Shown here one piece after another: positions 27,351 through 40,428 of a stretch of 64,000 bases of DNA (its first letter is position 1; each line of letters begins with the position of its first letter). Made by a program: the position numbers and the translations under genes. Below the pieces are notes generated by a model. The model did not search any database and was not told the DNA's origin. It saw only the letters and a program-made list of their open reading frames with translations. This DNA comes from Trichinella spiralis (taxonomy: Eukaryota). Location: assembly GCF_000181795.1 (NCBI RefSeq), contig NW_003526941.1, forward strand, positions 11,148,161 through 11,212,160, written 5' to 3'.

Positions 27351-30300
27351 CTTGTATTTCAACATGTTGTTTAAAAATTGCAATAAATTTGCAATATGTG
27401 CAAACGTATCGATCGAATAACACCCGCGTGCGTGTTGATGAGTGCATTTGCAAAAAGCCGGTATAGAAAGAAGCGTTGAGAGAGTTAAACCGTAAATGCT
27501 GATTGAAAAATGACGTAGCTAGCTGTTAGCTGCTTGCTAGTCGACTTTTCCAACTTCATCACCATCGTCATTTCAATCGAATTCACATTATCCTGCCAAT
27601 ATCATCAGGTTTACTGAAGTTAAAAGTTTGTGCTCTGAGTGTTGATCAAATGAGCATAAATTTATCAAACACGAAAGAAATTCAACTGATTAAAAAAAAC
27701 AATAAACTCTTGCTCGTCTCGTACAATTTCCATTAAACTGTTAAACAATTTAAAACCGACAACTACCTTAAAAATTGTTCAACTGGATTTTGTAAAATTT
27801 ACCAAGTACTAATGTTAAGAGTTTTCTGTTTGCTGTGTCAGTTTAAAATTTCAACGACGCATGCATGTATGATCAGAGCTCCAGTTTCACGTTATCAAAT
27901 TATTCTGTTGCTTTCTTCAGCAAGCAAACTGTGCTGTAATTTTCGATGGAAATTGTTCACTGTCAAAACACGCATTAAACCAGTCTTCAATTACGTAACA
28001 CCGCAATTGCGAACAACATTATTGCTTGTTATTTGGATTTGCAAAACAGAAAGTTCAAATGTTGCTTTTTTTTCACTAAAAGCAACATAAAGTTACAATA
28101 ATTAGTTGTTGATTTACGAAAATTCATCTTCTGTTCGATCTATCCTATTGGTAAAGTAGAATTAATTTCCCAGATGCCGTAGATTAGAATAATATTGGCT
28201 AGACATCGACACGAACTAACTATGCGGATTAGTGGAATAAATTGCTTATTGTTTGACTTTTGCTAAATTTTAACATTGCAGTCAAGCGAACAAATTAAGC
28301 ATATGGTAATTTTCAACAATCAAAAAGAAAAAATTCACAAGACAAATGCCAAGATTGTTGTGTCATCAGTCTAATCAGCACTGTATGCAAATTCTCTTTT
28401 GAAATGAACTCTCACAAAAGAACGACTTTTTTGGGGGTAATTAAAAAAAAAATTCTAGTTTTTTACAAATTAGTTCAGCAGAAGCACTTTAGAAAATGGT
28501 GCAGTGTAGTTTAAATTGTGCAAAACGATAATGAATTTTAAATTGGTCGTAGCATGTAGAGCAGATTATTTTTTCACACACACACACAGAGACACACGAA
28601 TATTATGATTTATATATGTGTGTGTAGGTCTGTCTAATTACATGGTGTACAAGGTATAATAATAATGTACCAAACAATAGTGGAAAGAATTAAAATGGAA
28701 ATTTGCTTTTAATTTAATATTTATCCAAAATTTCTATTTACAATTTTGAGAAAAAATTTTTCAGTTCTCAGAATTCAAATAAAATAACTTTTGATAGTGA
28801 TGAGAGATTTCTTTTGAATATATTAGGATTTTTTTTTAATGACAAAAAAAACCAAGCCATTTCTCATTACTACTAATGCAGCACACCTGGTTGGGCAGTT
28901 GTCCTTGAGCACAGATTGATAACGATTCGAGCCTTCAAAGAGCATTGTCTTGATGCGAGCAGAATTGAGAAAATTATCAATTTAGGTCAACTAGGCAGCA
29001 GCAGCAGCAGCAGCAGCAGCTCAATTAAATTTCTGAAATAAAACGTGCCCAGGCATTGTTGTTGTTATTTTGCATTATAATTTTCGTTAATTTTAAAATT
29101 GGACAATTTTGCTTGCAACAACAAAAATATTAATACATTTTTTCCGAATTTAGTACATCTCCATAATTTTTGACTGGATCTCCAAAAGATGAACTAAAAC
29201 ACGGTGAACAATGAGTTTCTGTTTTTTCAATCAAGATATTATCAAATCATCCAATGATGAGTTGTTGTTAATCAAAAGGAAGAGTGAAGAGTTCTGTTTG
29301 TTTATTTTGACATAAAAGCATAAAGCTGAATTGAATTGATAGATGAAGTAATTAATGAATTTTACCAAACACAGATAATGATCAGCTTTTTCTGAACAAA
29401 CAGCTCCCCGTTGATTTGCTATGATAAACTGTGAAAGTTCACATAAATGAAAAAATCAAGTTACCATTTCTGAACATGCCGGGCTACTGAATTCTGGTGC
29501 TACACACCATTTTTAGAACAAATTTCTCGTAATTCCTTCTCAGAAAATTTCTTTATCCAACCACTTTTTCCTTCCTACACGTACGTGTATGTGTGTGTGT
29601 GTGTGCGCGCGCGCAAATACAAATTTGTTTATTTGAAATTACAATCCTATTTTAAATAAATATGAATCATAAAATTTGATGAAGCGCAGATGCGCTCTGG
29701 ATAGCAGCAAATGGCAACGAAAACGGATGTACTGGTCAATGAATAATAAAAATTGAAAAAAAAAGTTTCAACTGCTGAGCAAAATTATAACGTAAACGCG
29801 TAAAACTAGAAGAAAAAGCCTTGACATGCCTTGTAACTAAATAACAGGACAAAGAACTAACTATTGCAAAGTAGAAAATCAGGAAATCGTGCCTGTCCTT
29901 TCAGAAAAGAAGAAATTTTTGCAAAAATACATTTTACACTTCATTTATATGATTTTTTCTTGTAAACGTCATCCGTCAATAATTACATATGTATAATTTC
30001 TTACAGTCCACGAGTTTCCGAATAAATAATAAACAACAATCGTTGAAAAGCATGCGTAGAACGTAAAAATGCACTTTATATTTATATGCATGTAATATAT
30101 AAAGTTGTCGATTTTTGTCGATGTTGTTGATGACGATGATTTCAATCTTGCATTATATGAATAAATACAAAATGAGTGGATCAATATTACTTACTACTGA
30201 GTAGCTTTTACTACATCAGTACAAAAGAATAGAAAAAGATAAAATCAACTCCAAAAGTAGAAACAACATAATTATTCAGTGATATGTAGAGACAAAAAAA

Positions 30301-30353
30301 ATAATGATAAAAAATATGCCTCTGTTGGTTGAATAGACAAAGCAACTCCAAAA

Positions 30354-30446
30354 GCGTCCAATCATCGTTTACATCACGTGACCGTTGTGACGATGATTGG
30401 CTGACGCACGTCTATTTGCTTTGCATTGGTGGTTGCAGTATTTAAA
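30354..30446 (+). promoter_or_regulatory. Putative proximal promoter of the BTG/Tob gene
   Basis: CCAAT 30358-30362, E-box TCACGTGA 30374-30381, ATTGG 30396-30400, TGACG 30402-30406, ATTGG 30425-30429 and TATA-like TATTTAAA 30439-30446, about 400 nt upstream of the ORF. Confidence 0.6.
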
Positions 30447-30837
30447 GCGCAGCAAGCGAACAGGTCGCGGGCGTTCTTTTCAATCTAGCTCAGTAGTGTT
30501 TGTGTCAGTTGTTGTTGTTGATGCTGTTGATGTTGATGCTTTCTCTATTATATGCTGGTTTTATTTTCGCTAATTTTGTCATACTGTCTGTCGCGTTGGA
30601 AACTTTGAAAAACTGTTTGTTTAAATTTACAATTTTTCTTAAAGCGATCATTGAAGCCTATTTATTTGTACGTTTAGAATTTGGATAATTTTGGCCTGTT
30701 GAAAGAAAACAACTACGAGTTGGGCGAGAAAATTTTGAGAAAAAAAAAGAAAAAGAAAAGAGAACAACAACAAAACAACCGTGTTTGTTTGTAGTTTTTA
30801 AAGTAGACGAACGAGCGAAGAGTGTTGAAAGAACGAG

Positions 30838-31770
30838 ATGGGAAAATTGCAAGCATGCAAATCGAAAAAGCCGTCGTCCAATGCTTCTTCTCCTTGTACG
30901 AGAGATGCAAACGATCCGGCCTTGCAAATGGAAGCCGAAGTGAGTGCGGCAGTGAAATTTCTAACCGACTTACTGCACAAACGATGCATGTGCGTTGAAG
31001 CGGTTCGCCGATTTGCGCTGTGCTTAAAGAAAGCCCTAATTCGCCATTACCGTGAACACTGGTATCCCACAGAGCCGCTGCGCGGTTCTGCTTATCGTTG
31101 TTTGCGTATCAATGGCCAATTGGACCCGGTGATTGCAAAAGCGGCTCGTCGATCTCAGCTTTCGCTGGACGAAGTCAGAGCCGCATATCCGGCAGAACTT
31201 TCGATTTGGATCGATCCAGGTGAAGTTAGTGTTCGTTTTGGCGAAGAAGGTAGCGTTGGCGTTATTCATTCTTGTGAACCAATACTACCGGCCGCAATTA
31301 ATAATCGAATGGTAGTCGTGGAAGAGGAAACGCAAGAGGAATTTTACGTCGCTTATTATGAAAATAACAACAACACCACTTACGCATCTGCAAATCTGGA
31401 CAACTTGCATGTTGAACAATCGCCTCATCTGAATCCGGTCATTTCTCCTGATGTATTGGATGTGGAAGAGCAACAACAACAACAACAACAACCTGTACGT
31501 AGTCAATATGCGAATTCAGATTTAACAAACTACGAATGGGCATGGCAGCGACAGCAAAATTCTGTTCAAACTTATATTTCTTCTTCCTCCTCATCGGCTA
31601 ACCAACTACTCAATATCTCATCCCCTTCACCAACATTCGATCCAAACGCATCAGACACTAGCGGTCTGTGCGGCAAAGCAAATGACCAAGTCGATCACAA
31701 TAGCTGGATGCTCTGGGATAGTAATAATCGTTATCCGGACCGTTTGGCTATGGAAACCGTCGTACACTGA
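30838..31770 (+). CDS. BTG/Tob (APRO) family antiproliferative protein, single coding exon
   Basis: 310-aa ORF with MEAEVSAAVKFL, box A YREHWYPTEPLRGSAYRCLRIN, box B PAELSIWIDPGEVSVRFGE and a low-complexity Q/S/N tail. The true start may be the ATG at 30928, where the domain begins. Confidence 0.93.
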   Translation: MGKLQACKSKKPSSNASSPCTRDANDPALQMEAEVSAAVKFLTDLLHKRCMCVEAVRRFALCLKKALIRHYREHWYPTEPLRGSAYRCLRINGQLDPVIAKAARRSQLSLDEVRAAYPAELSIWIDPGEVSVRFGEEGSVGVIHSCEPILPAAINNRMVVVEEETQEEFYVAYYENNNNTTYASANLDNLHVEQSPHLNPVISPDVLDVEEQQQQQQQPVRSQYANSDLTNYEWAWQRQQNSVQTYISSSSSSANQLLNISSPSPTFDPNASDTSGLCGKANDQVDHNSWMLWDSNNRYPDRLAMETVVH

Positions 31771-34700
31771 CCTCGCCGTCCAAAATCGAAACGACACGTG
31801 TAAGAGCACCTTAGATATTTGCACTTTTTCTTTTCTATTTTTGGGATTCAGCCGGGTTTTTCCTTTCTTTTTTGTTCTAACATGACCATTATCATTTATT
31901 ACTCCCACTACGGTTGTTAATATTACTGACATCACCACGGCACTCCTTTTCGTTTTTTTTCCATTTTTTTAAATTTTCAGCGCGTGTAAAATATGCATAT
32001 ACATGTGTATGTATATATATATATGTATTGGTGTGTCTGTCTGTATGTGTAGTTAGCGCTGAACGTCGGTTTACGTGGATCGTAGCCGTTCAGGTCAACA
32101 TTTCCTCGCGACAAGCCAAAGAATCGAACAAGTGCGAGCGAGTATTTGTGTCCCTCCTAACTTTTCCTGCACCTCCTCGGCCTTTTCTGCTGTTTTTATT
32201 ACTTTTCTTGATCTATAAATTTGATTCTCCCTCCCAAACCCCATCACACTTTTTGTTCCGCAAATGAATTTTCTAATAATAATTAATTATTATTATTGTT
32301 GTTGTTATTATTTTTCTCATTTGTCCAAATTTCCTTGTTACTTGTTGACCTTTTCCCGAGTACACACTGGTGCGATTTATGGATGGTACAAAACTGTGCT
32401 CTTCGAAGTGGTCTCGTTTTTTATTCTTTTTCACTCTCACTCACTCATTCACTCTTTTTCCATATAATGACAAAAAATGGTTTTACTGTAATTTGTTGTT
32501 TAATTTACTTTCGTTCTCTTCTTTCGATTGTGCTTTGTATGTGTGCTTCTTTTTTAATTTTTTTTCTTCTTCTTTTTGTTGAATTCGCCTTGTTCTTTTT
32601 TTCTTCTCTGGTCCCCTACCCCTGTGTAGTAGATGGACTGTCGTCTCGAACCCCGTGGCTTCGCTCAGTGCTTATTTTAGTTTTCTTCTTCTTTTTTTCT
32701 TTTTTACCATTATTATTATTATTTTACAGTATTTTCTTTTTTCGTTTCACATGTTTCTCAGTGATCGACTGTATGTATGTATGTTTGTATGCATATATAT
32801 ATATATAATTGAAGTGTTTCAACGATGACGATGATGTTGCCGAAACGTCGGTTTTCTGCATGGAGCTTTACTTGAAAACGGCGTTCTTCTTCCACATCTT
32901 TTAATAACTCCATTCGGCTTATTTGTCGTTGTTTATTTTTCGAAAACGCTGCCGACTTTATATGATCTATCCACTAAACAAACCCCCTTCAATTTCACTG
33001 AACTCATGTTGGCAGTATTGATGAAATAAAATTTTTTTTGTCCTTGAATCTTTTGAAGTGATGTGTTGTTTGAAGCGAAAAAATGAATAATAATCACTTT
33101 TCCCAGAAACAAAATTTCATTCAACTCGGTCATGCGGAAGTGGATTAGTTGGTAGTAAAATCGTAAAAAACCAAACCAAAGGGCAAACATCTGCTCGTGG
33201 CACAGGATATATAGTTTTTAAATCTTCTCCTCCTCCTCCTGCTATACTTTATATTCTCCATTATTATGCTCAGAAGCGTGGTGTAGCTGGTTTAATATTG
33301 ACGTTGCCAAAGAGCAGTGATCACATTCGGACAATCGCATGTTCCGCAATGACTCGACTATCTGTGGTTGGTGACGGTCGTATCTGTTTTCATGATGAGA
33401 TTTGATTTCTATTGGACGAACAGGACTCACGTTTCCATCTCGATCTTGCCGTATCCAGCAACCCAAACCAAACCAAGAGGTCAAGGGCTCTGGCGTCGGC
33501 CAGGGAACATCTGGTAAGCAAGCAGCACAGCGTTTCATCCATCCAGCAAACTTCATTCATTCCAATCAGCAACATTATCATCGATCACTGATGGCGCACA
33601 TTTGTACCAACCAGGAAAAGCTTTTTATTTCATCAAATCTTGCAAAAATTGAACGTCATGCTGAACAGATGTCCTGATTTTGTGTGTCGTCGCTTGAGGC
33701 ACCGCTGCCTAGATCCATCGTCAGTCAGACAGGCACAAACCAATCAGTCAGTCAGTCACATCATACACCGCATATACACACGTGAACCGTACAACAACAA
33801 CAACAACAACAACAGCTAAGCCCTACATCAACTAACCAGCTGATGATGACACTGTCAGACACGACCTGGCTTGTTGAAATAAAATGTTGGAATATTATAT
33901 TTATTCTCAAGCGGTCACACACACACACACACACAAGCTGTATATACTCAGACAAGGCTAAGTTATTTTCTTGTTTTTGAAAATTATCTAATTGTGTTTT
34001 TTTTCAAAAGAATTCACTCGCATTTATCTTCTTTCACCACATATTCACTTTATATATAAATAACACATAGCAGAGGAGAATTTATAGCCAAAGACAATAT
34101 GGTCCAGTAACCCTGCTTGAGAGTGGAAAACAATCGTATATATGTTCATTGAAATCAAAGTTTCACAGTAAGTGAATGAGTTGTTTCAGTGAATATGCAT
34201 GCTGTTGGGAATTTAAAACGGAAATTTCCATTCACCTATATCTTTTTGAAACAGATAATGTTGATGACAATTCTTACTTTATTCATTCTTATTTTCTTTC
34301 ATTTTTCACTTGATTATTATCACCTGCATATTTTGAAATCAATGAATAAATATATAAAAATAAATAAAGGCTTATCATCCCCATATACTACGTGCAAAAT
34401 AATAGCAGCACTTGGACTCACGTCGAACAAAAAGGTGAACAAACTTAACATAATTTGCTGCTTATCATTGTTTTCAATCTTTTTTTATTTATTACTTCTC
34501 TTCTAAATTGATTGTAGCAGGAAAATAATAAAAAAAACATCAATTCATGTTGAAGTATCATCCGTTACATTTTTTGTGCAAAGATAAATAAAAGGTTTGC
34601 ATAAAAAATTATTCGAGGAAAAACAAGACATGAATTTGGCAGACAATATGTGTCTTTTAGGCAGTAGAAAAAACAAATCCCGCTTTTTCTGCGTTTCCAA

Positions 34701-37700
34701 CTTCTTGCTATTGTGTGTGTTTCATGTGAATCAAATGCATTGACGTCAGCAAGTGTTTATGTACACATGCTGATACGACAGCAATTGGGCTTAGTATGGT
34801 AAGCAAATTTTAAATCTTCCCGTAAAGCGATCAATTCTTTACACCAACGAACTTTTGAGATGAAAGTTATTTATAATTTTGACTATCATGCTGAATGTAT
34901 ATTTTATTAATATGTTCAACTGATTATCAATCATACTTGTGAATCATTCAAACTTTTCTGCGCTCTTGTGCGCTAATTACATGTATTAAAAAAGCAGTGT
35001 AGAAAAAGTACCAAAGCAAATCAACCGTCAATGAATGGTGTCAACGAACTCATTAAAGTTTATCGAAATGAAACCGGCTATTTTAATAATAAAATTCTAA
35101 TTGTCATCTCAGTCACGTTGTGCTGTTATAGAAAAAGCTGAGCCGTAAAAGTAAGAATTGAAATTGGATTTGTGCGCACAGATGCACAAAGCTTGCAAAA
35201 TGTTGAATGTGAATTATTATGATTATGATTATGATTATTATTATTATTATTGTTACACTAATAGTGTTCAATTATTACAAACTCGGCAGGAAATCAAGTT
35301 AGCCAAACACTTCGATGTGCGATTACATAACACTGTCCCAGACAGTGTCCGACCTCGTCTGAGCCCCAATTATTATGGTTATTTATAAAGTCGAAATACC
35401 CGAAGCCGACATCCTCTTTAAACCGACCTGACCCAACTAACACAGCTGCTGCTTTTTGTCTGCCCATTTATAAGCTTTAAACAAAAGTGCATTCCGCTCG
35501 TAACAGATGCTTTCGGTTTTAAATAACTCAAGTTGCACATGTTACCTTGCAATCTTATCTACTTGTAGCTAACAATTGATCAAAAAACAATACCGTACAT
35601 TGAATATCAGACAAATTCATTAAAAAAAGGCTTCAATTATTTATTATCCTCCTTTTCACAAACCCATTGCGACAGTAAAAATACTGAAAATAACATTTTA
35701 ATTTGGATAACTTTACGTTGTGTAGAAAGAAAATTGAAATGTAAAATGTTCGAAAATCAAAAAATTTAAATGAAAAATGTGTTCCCATGGTTACTTGAAC
35801 AAGACTACTATGTACGTACACGTATTTATATAAAGCAAGTTACAATTTGGAGAATTGATGAAAATTTTTCTACAGTGAGCAGCAAGCATTAAGTAGAATT
35901 TTGCACAATCTATTTGAGAAGTGGAATCAAAAAATTATTATTAATCATTAAATTCATTTTGCCCTTTCTCCATACATAATGCACGAACAATGCACGCACG
36001 GAGAAATGACGAAATTCATCAAATGCATGAATGCCAGAATCTCTTATCGCTCTTTGTGAAAACTAGTCAACAACACTGATTAAGAAAGAATACGTGATAA
36101 GCAGATCAGCTTGGGGGTGATTTTCAAAATTGCTTTTTGTTTTTAAAATAATTTTTCATAATACTGGAATAGAATAAAATATGAGGAAAAAGAAATCTAG
36201 TCAATATTTTATATTAATTAATTAATCGAAGTTTTAGAAAAACCTACAACAAATTCCATTTTCACTGCTTGCTTATTGTATAAAAAGAATATGAAATGAG
36301 GAAGAAGAAAAGTAAATTCAATTTTTACACATTTACAGAAGAGAAGAATAATGTGGACAATTGATATTTATTTGTCGAATTTCATGTAAAAGCGTTGTTT
36401 TGAATTTCTTAATTATTTGCTCAATTAGTGAGAAGAAATCAATCAATGAACCGAAAGCCAAAGCCAAAGTGGTCGAATAATTGTTGAATGTGAAAAGAAG
36501 AAATAGGAACCAAGTCGCTTTTGTTATAAATGTAAATAAGCAATTTGAAAAATTCGCAAACTTGCCAACATAGAGAGCAAGAGAGTAAATTGCATTTTGT
36601 GTAAATATTTCGTCATATTTTTCTGAAAATAAATTATTATCAATTGCATGTGGAACTTTTAATATGCTGAGCAATTTTTGTTTTCACAGAATCTATCTAT
36701 AAAATCTATCAATTGTTGCTTATCGAGTTGGATAACAATTTCAGCGTTTGCAACATTAACTTATATAAGTTTAATCATTCGATAAACAGACGTCGCAATT
36801 TCCAACTATTCCCCCACTGAAGTATTTGTATTTTTGCTATTGCTACTATATTCCCCGCTCTCATGTTCTACTATGGTGGAAAAAACAGTTCAATAAAATC
36901 TTGTTTATTGCTCAAAATTACCAACAATATATCGTCTGTGTCATCAACACGCTTCATCTTGGCGTGAACAGAAAGCGACAAAGTGTAGTGGAAAAGAAGA
37001 AAAATCAATTCAAGTTGTCGTCATTAAATTGACAAAAATATTTTCAATCCTATTTACAAATAAGAAAATATTGAAATTTAAAATTTTCCGGCTTCAATTG
37101 TCATTTGTGTTCAGCTTTTTTATGTGAAATATTTGCATTCGTGTTTTTCAACAATTTTCTCGTAACTTTGCTTTTCACACGATCAAAAATATTATTACTG
37201 TACAATTTCAATTGATTGATTGATTGAAAACAAATTTATAATTTCAGCGAAATTCAGTAAATTAACAAAGAAAAAATAAAATATTAAAAAATTTTTTTAA
37301 TAATGACAAAATTTCCATCAAAGTAGGAAATAAGGTTTACGGTAAATGTGTGTTGTTGGGTTGGAAGAATAATTTTGCCAGAAGAACAGTAAACAGGAGA
37401 TTGATCTCGTGACGATCGATATTCAATGATGGATAAAAGTCACGGAGCGAATTTGTAATTCGACATCCGCGCACGTGATATCTGCATTGACTTGACGCCC
37501 ACGCCGATGTAGAATGGAAAATGGATAACAATTGAGAGATAAACAAATAAGCAAATAAGCTTCTACTTTGTTTGACAGTGTGCGCGTACGTTGAACAAAA
37601 TTATAAAATCCCATTCGCATTAGCAGTCAATCGTTCTTCACGATAACAATAATAAATAAATCAAAAGTACAATCGGAGATTTCTAGTTGGAAAATTGCCC

Positions 37701-38619
37701 CACTCGCAATTATAATCTATTTGCAAAAGTGCTCATTCAAATGGACCAATCGCATTCATTTAATTAATATTAATTTTCTCAGTAGAAACGTCGACAACAA
37801 AAAAACAACAACCCCAACGAACACTCGAAGAAGATTAGCAAAATGTAATTTTTTCTACTTGTAATAATGCTGTGAAAATTTACAAATGTTTATTTTTATG
37901 GAATTTGATTTCACTAAATTAAATTGTATTTATATATATATGAATGAAGTAAAAGAAGTTAGTTGTTCAACGAACCGTGAATGTGGAATAAGTAATAATG
38001 GTAAATAAAGAGAGAATTTCAATCAGAACAACAGCGACAATTGTTTTGATATAGAAGAAGAATATTAATCAGCTAATTCAAGTTCAAAATGACGTCATCA
38101 AATGAAGTATTGAAAATTTATGAAAAATGTCATCATAATCATCAGCATGCATACAATAAGTAAATAAATTTTCTTACCTGAAAATAAATAAATAAAGTTG
38201 TTTTGTAGATGAAAGAAGGTTCTTCTTCTTCTTCTTCTTGGCTTGAAGCATAAAAATGGAAAAGCGGGAAAAATTGTAAAAACCATCATCATCATCATCA
38301 TTATTGTTATAAAGACGAACAATTGAACGGACCATTTTCGGTTGATCAAAATGATACAAGTCGACTAAAAACCACTCGCAGAAAAATTCGTCGCCCATTT
38401 GATTATTTCCCATTTGCCGAGTTGATTGGATAAAAGAGAAAAAAATTTTTGCATAAAGTACTCTGGATCGAATTGCAACTTTGAAGAAATCAGGTCAAGT
38501 TTAAACAACAATGGGAGAGAAAAAGAAAAGAATGAACAATTTTAAACAATTGAAATAAATTTTAAAATTTTAAAATATTCAATATACAAGGACATGACTA
38601 AATTTTTAATAAATTACAC

Positions 38620-39362
38620 ATGTTGTACAGACAGGGTGCTTTGGGTTCAACTAGCGACAACAATAACAGTAAGCGTGGTTTGAAAAAAATAATATAATTT
38701 TCTTTCTCTTGTCATTATTTTAATAATTTTATTATTCATTAGCAATGGAAATCAAATCCGAATTGATAAAATACACAGATATGCGCGTTGAACATTTCGC
38801 CGACGTGGTCGACCTTTTCGAACAGTGTTTTCCAGTATCATATTCGATATCGTGGATGTGGACGATCACCAACGATAAAAAATATTGGAAAATGGTCGCC
38901 ACATACGAAGGCAAAGTTGTCGGAGTACTGTGGGCAATTGTTGACAATTTGGAAGAATTAAACAAGCAACATTACGATACGATCATGATCGAATTTTTAC
39001 CCGCTGAAATGTTCTGCTGTTACATTTTGAATATTGCCGTCAGCGGTGAATTTCGTCGTCACAAAATTGCCACAAATCTGCTGAAATTGCTCTACAAAAG
39101 TTTCACATCATCCAAAAAACGTGTCGATGCTGTATTTTTACACGTCATGGTCGACAATAAGCCGGCCATGAAATTTTACGAAAAAATGCATTTTCAAAAA
39201 TTCATACTCATTCCTCATTATTACACGATCGATAAAAGTGGAAAAAATGTCGACGCCTGGATTTACATGTCCACTTTCCAACAAATGAATATTTTTAAAA
39301 AATTATTCAACACTACAGTATCCTTTTTTTACAAGCTGGTCAATTTTTGCAGAACTTCTTGA
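38620..39362 (+). CDS. NAA60: GNAT N-alpha-acetyltransferase, NAA60 (NatF)-like
   Basis: Main ORF 38745-39362 has FPVSY..SW...ITNDKKY...ATYEGKVVG, YILNIAV..EFRRHKIA..LL, AVFLHV..DNKPA.KFYEK..F and PHYYTI, plus an amphipathic-looking C-terminus. An in-frame upstream exon 38620-38668 (intron GTAAGC..TTAG 38669-38742) is plausible but less certain than the ATG at 38745. Confidence 0.85.
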
Positions 39363-40428
39363 TTTAGTTTATGGTAAAGAAAATCACAATCTATCAAATT
39401 TCAAAACGTAATCAACTTGAACTGTTTATAAACGAAAACTTTTTCTTTTATAAAATTATATACATGTTTATTTATTTAAGACAAATTTACAATAATCATT
39501 TGAAAAGAAATATCCAAAAAAAACATGCATTAACATTAATGATTGTTTCAGAAAAAGATAATTAATTCTCCCTTCGTGCGTATCTTTCTTCAAATATCAC
39601 ATTGGTATTCGTTTTTTTTCATCTTCTTTTTAAAAACCTTAAGCAGCGAATTACTGTTATCGACTTTTGTTTAATTATTTATTCATTTCGAAAAATTAAA
39701 AATAATAAATCAATAAACTTTCCACTCCAATTATCGATGCTAAATACGCGAAAATGCCCACTGAACTGAAAGCAATTTTAGTCGAATCATGCGTTATGAT
39801 GCTACGAAACATTATCATTATCTATCATCAAGTTGTAAAACAACAACAACAATCTGCATTTTTTTAAACTGAGAAAAAATCATCCTGAACATCACGAAAG
39901 CAATAATATCTAAAAAAATATATATAAAGCAATGTATGTGCGTGTTTAAATTGCATTATTGATAAATGAAATAATAAACTGTGAAACAAAAATAGCTTTT
40001 CTCTTTCTCTCTCTCTGTTGGAAAATTTATGATCAAATTAAAACTGTGCACATAATTTTAAATATTGAATATGTCCATTATTGGAAACGAAGTAAATTAA
40101 ACTGAAACTAATAAATAAATAAAATTATTAAATTTCATTTTCCATTTTTAATAATAATAATACTATATATATGTATATATTTGTTTTCATTAAAAAATTT
40201 CCATAATAGTTCTACAGTTCAACAGGTCGATGGCAACAAATGGCAGCGGAGAATGCAAATGATCATTTGAAAAGTTTTGAATAACAATTTTAAAATTGTT
40301 AAATAAAATCTTGAAAATTTTTCAATTTTCTGCCAAAAAAATAAATAATAATTATAATAACAATCACCAATGATTTGAAAAGAAATATTTCCTCCACATG
40401 AAACAAGCTGCTATTGCGAATTGAACAA

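Noticed and set aside
5750..29000. Numerous 60-140 aa ORFs in gpa-7 introns and the intergenic region
   Set aside because: Low-complexity F/L/I/K-rich translations of AT-rich DNA and microsatellites, with no domain motifs or consistent splice structure. ORF 8906-9268 is antisense to gpa-7 exon 1.
29500..30837. TRA-1/GLI sites, as in the C. elegans fog-3 promoter
   Set aside because: I saw no GACC(A/T)CCCA-type match upstream of the BTG/Tob gene.
31914..32808. Hydrophobic ORFs (117-170 aa) resembling membrane proteins
   Set aside because: Artefact of the T-rich putative 3' UTR of BTG/Tob.
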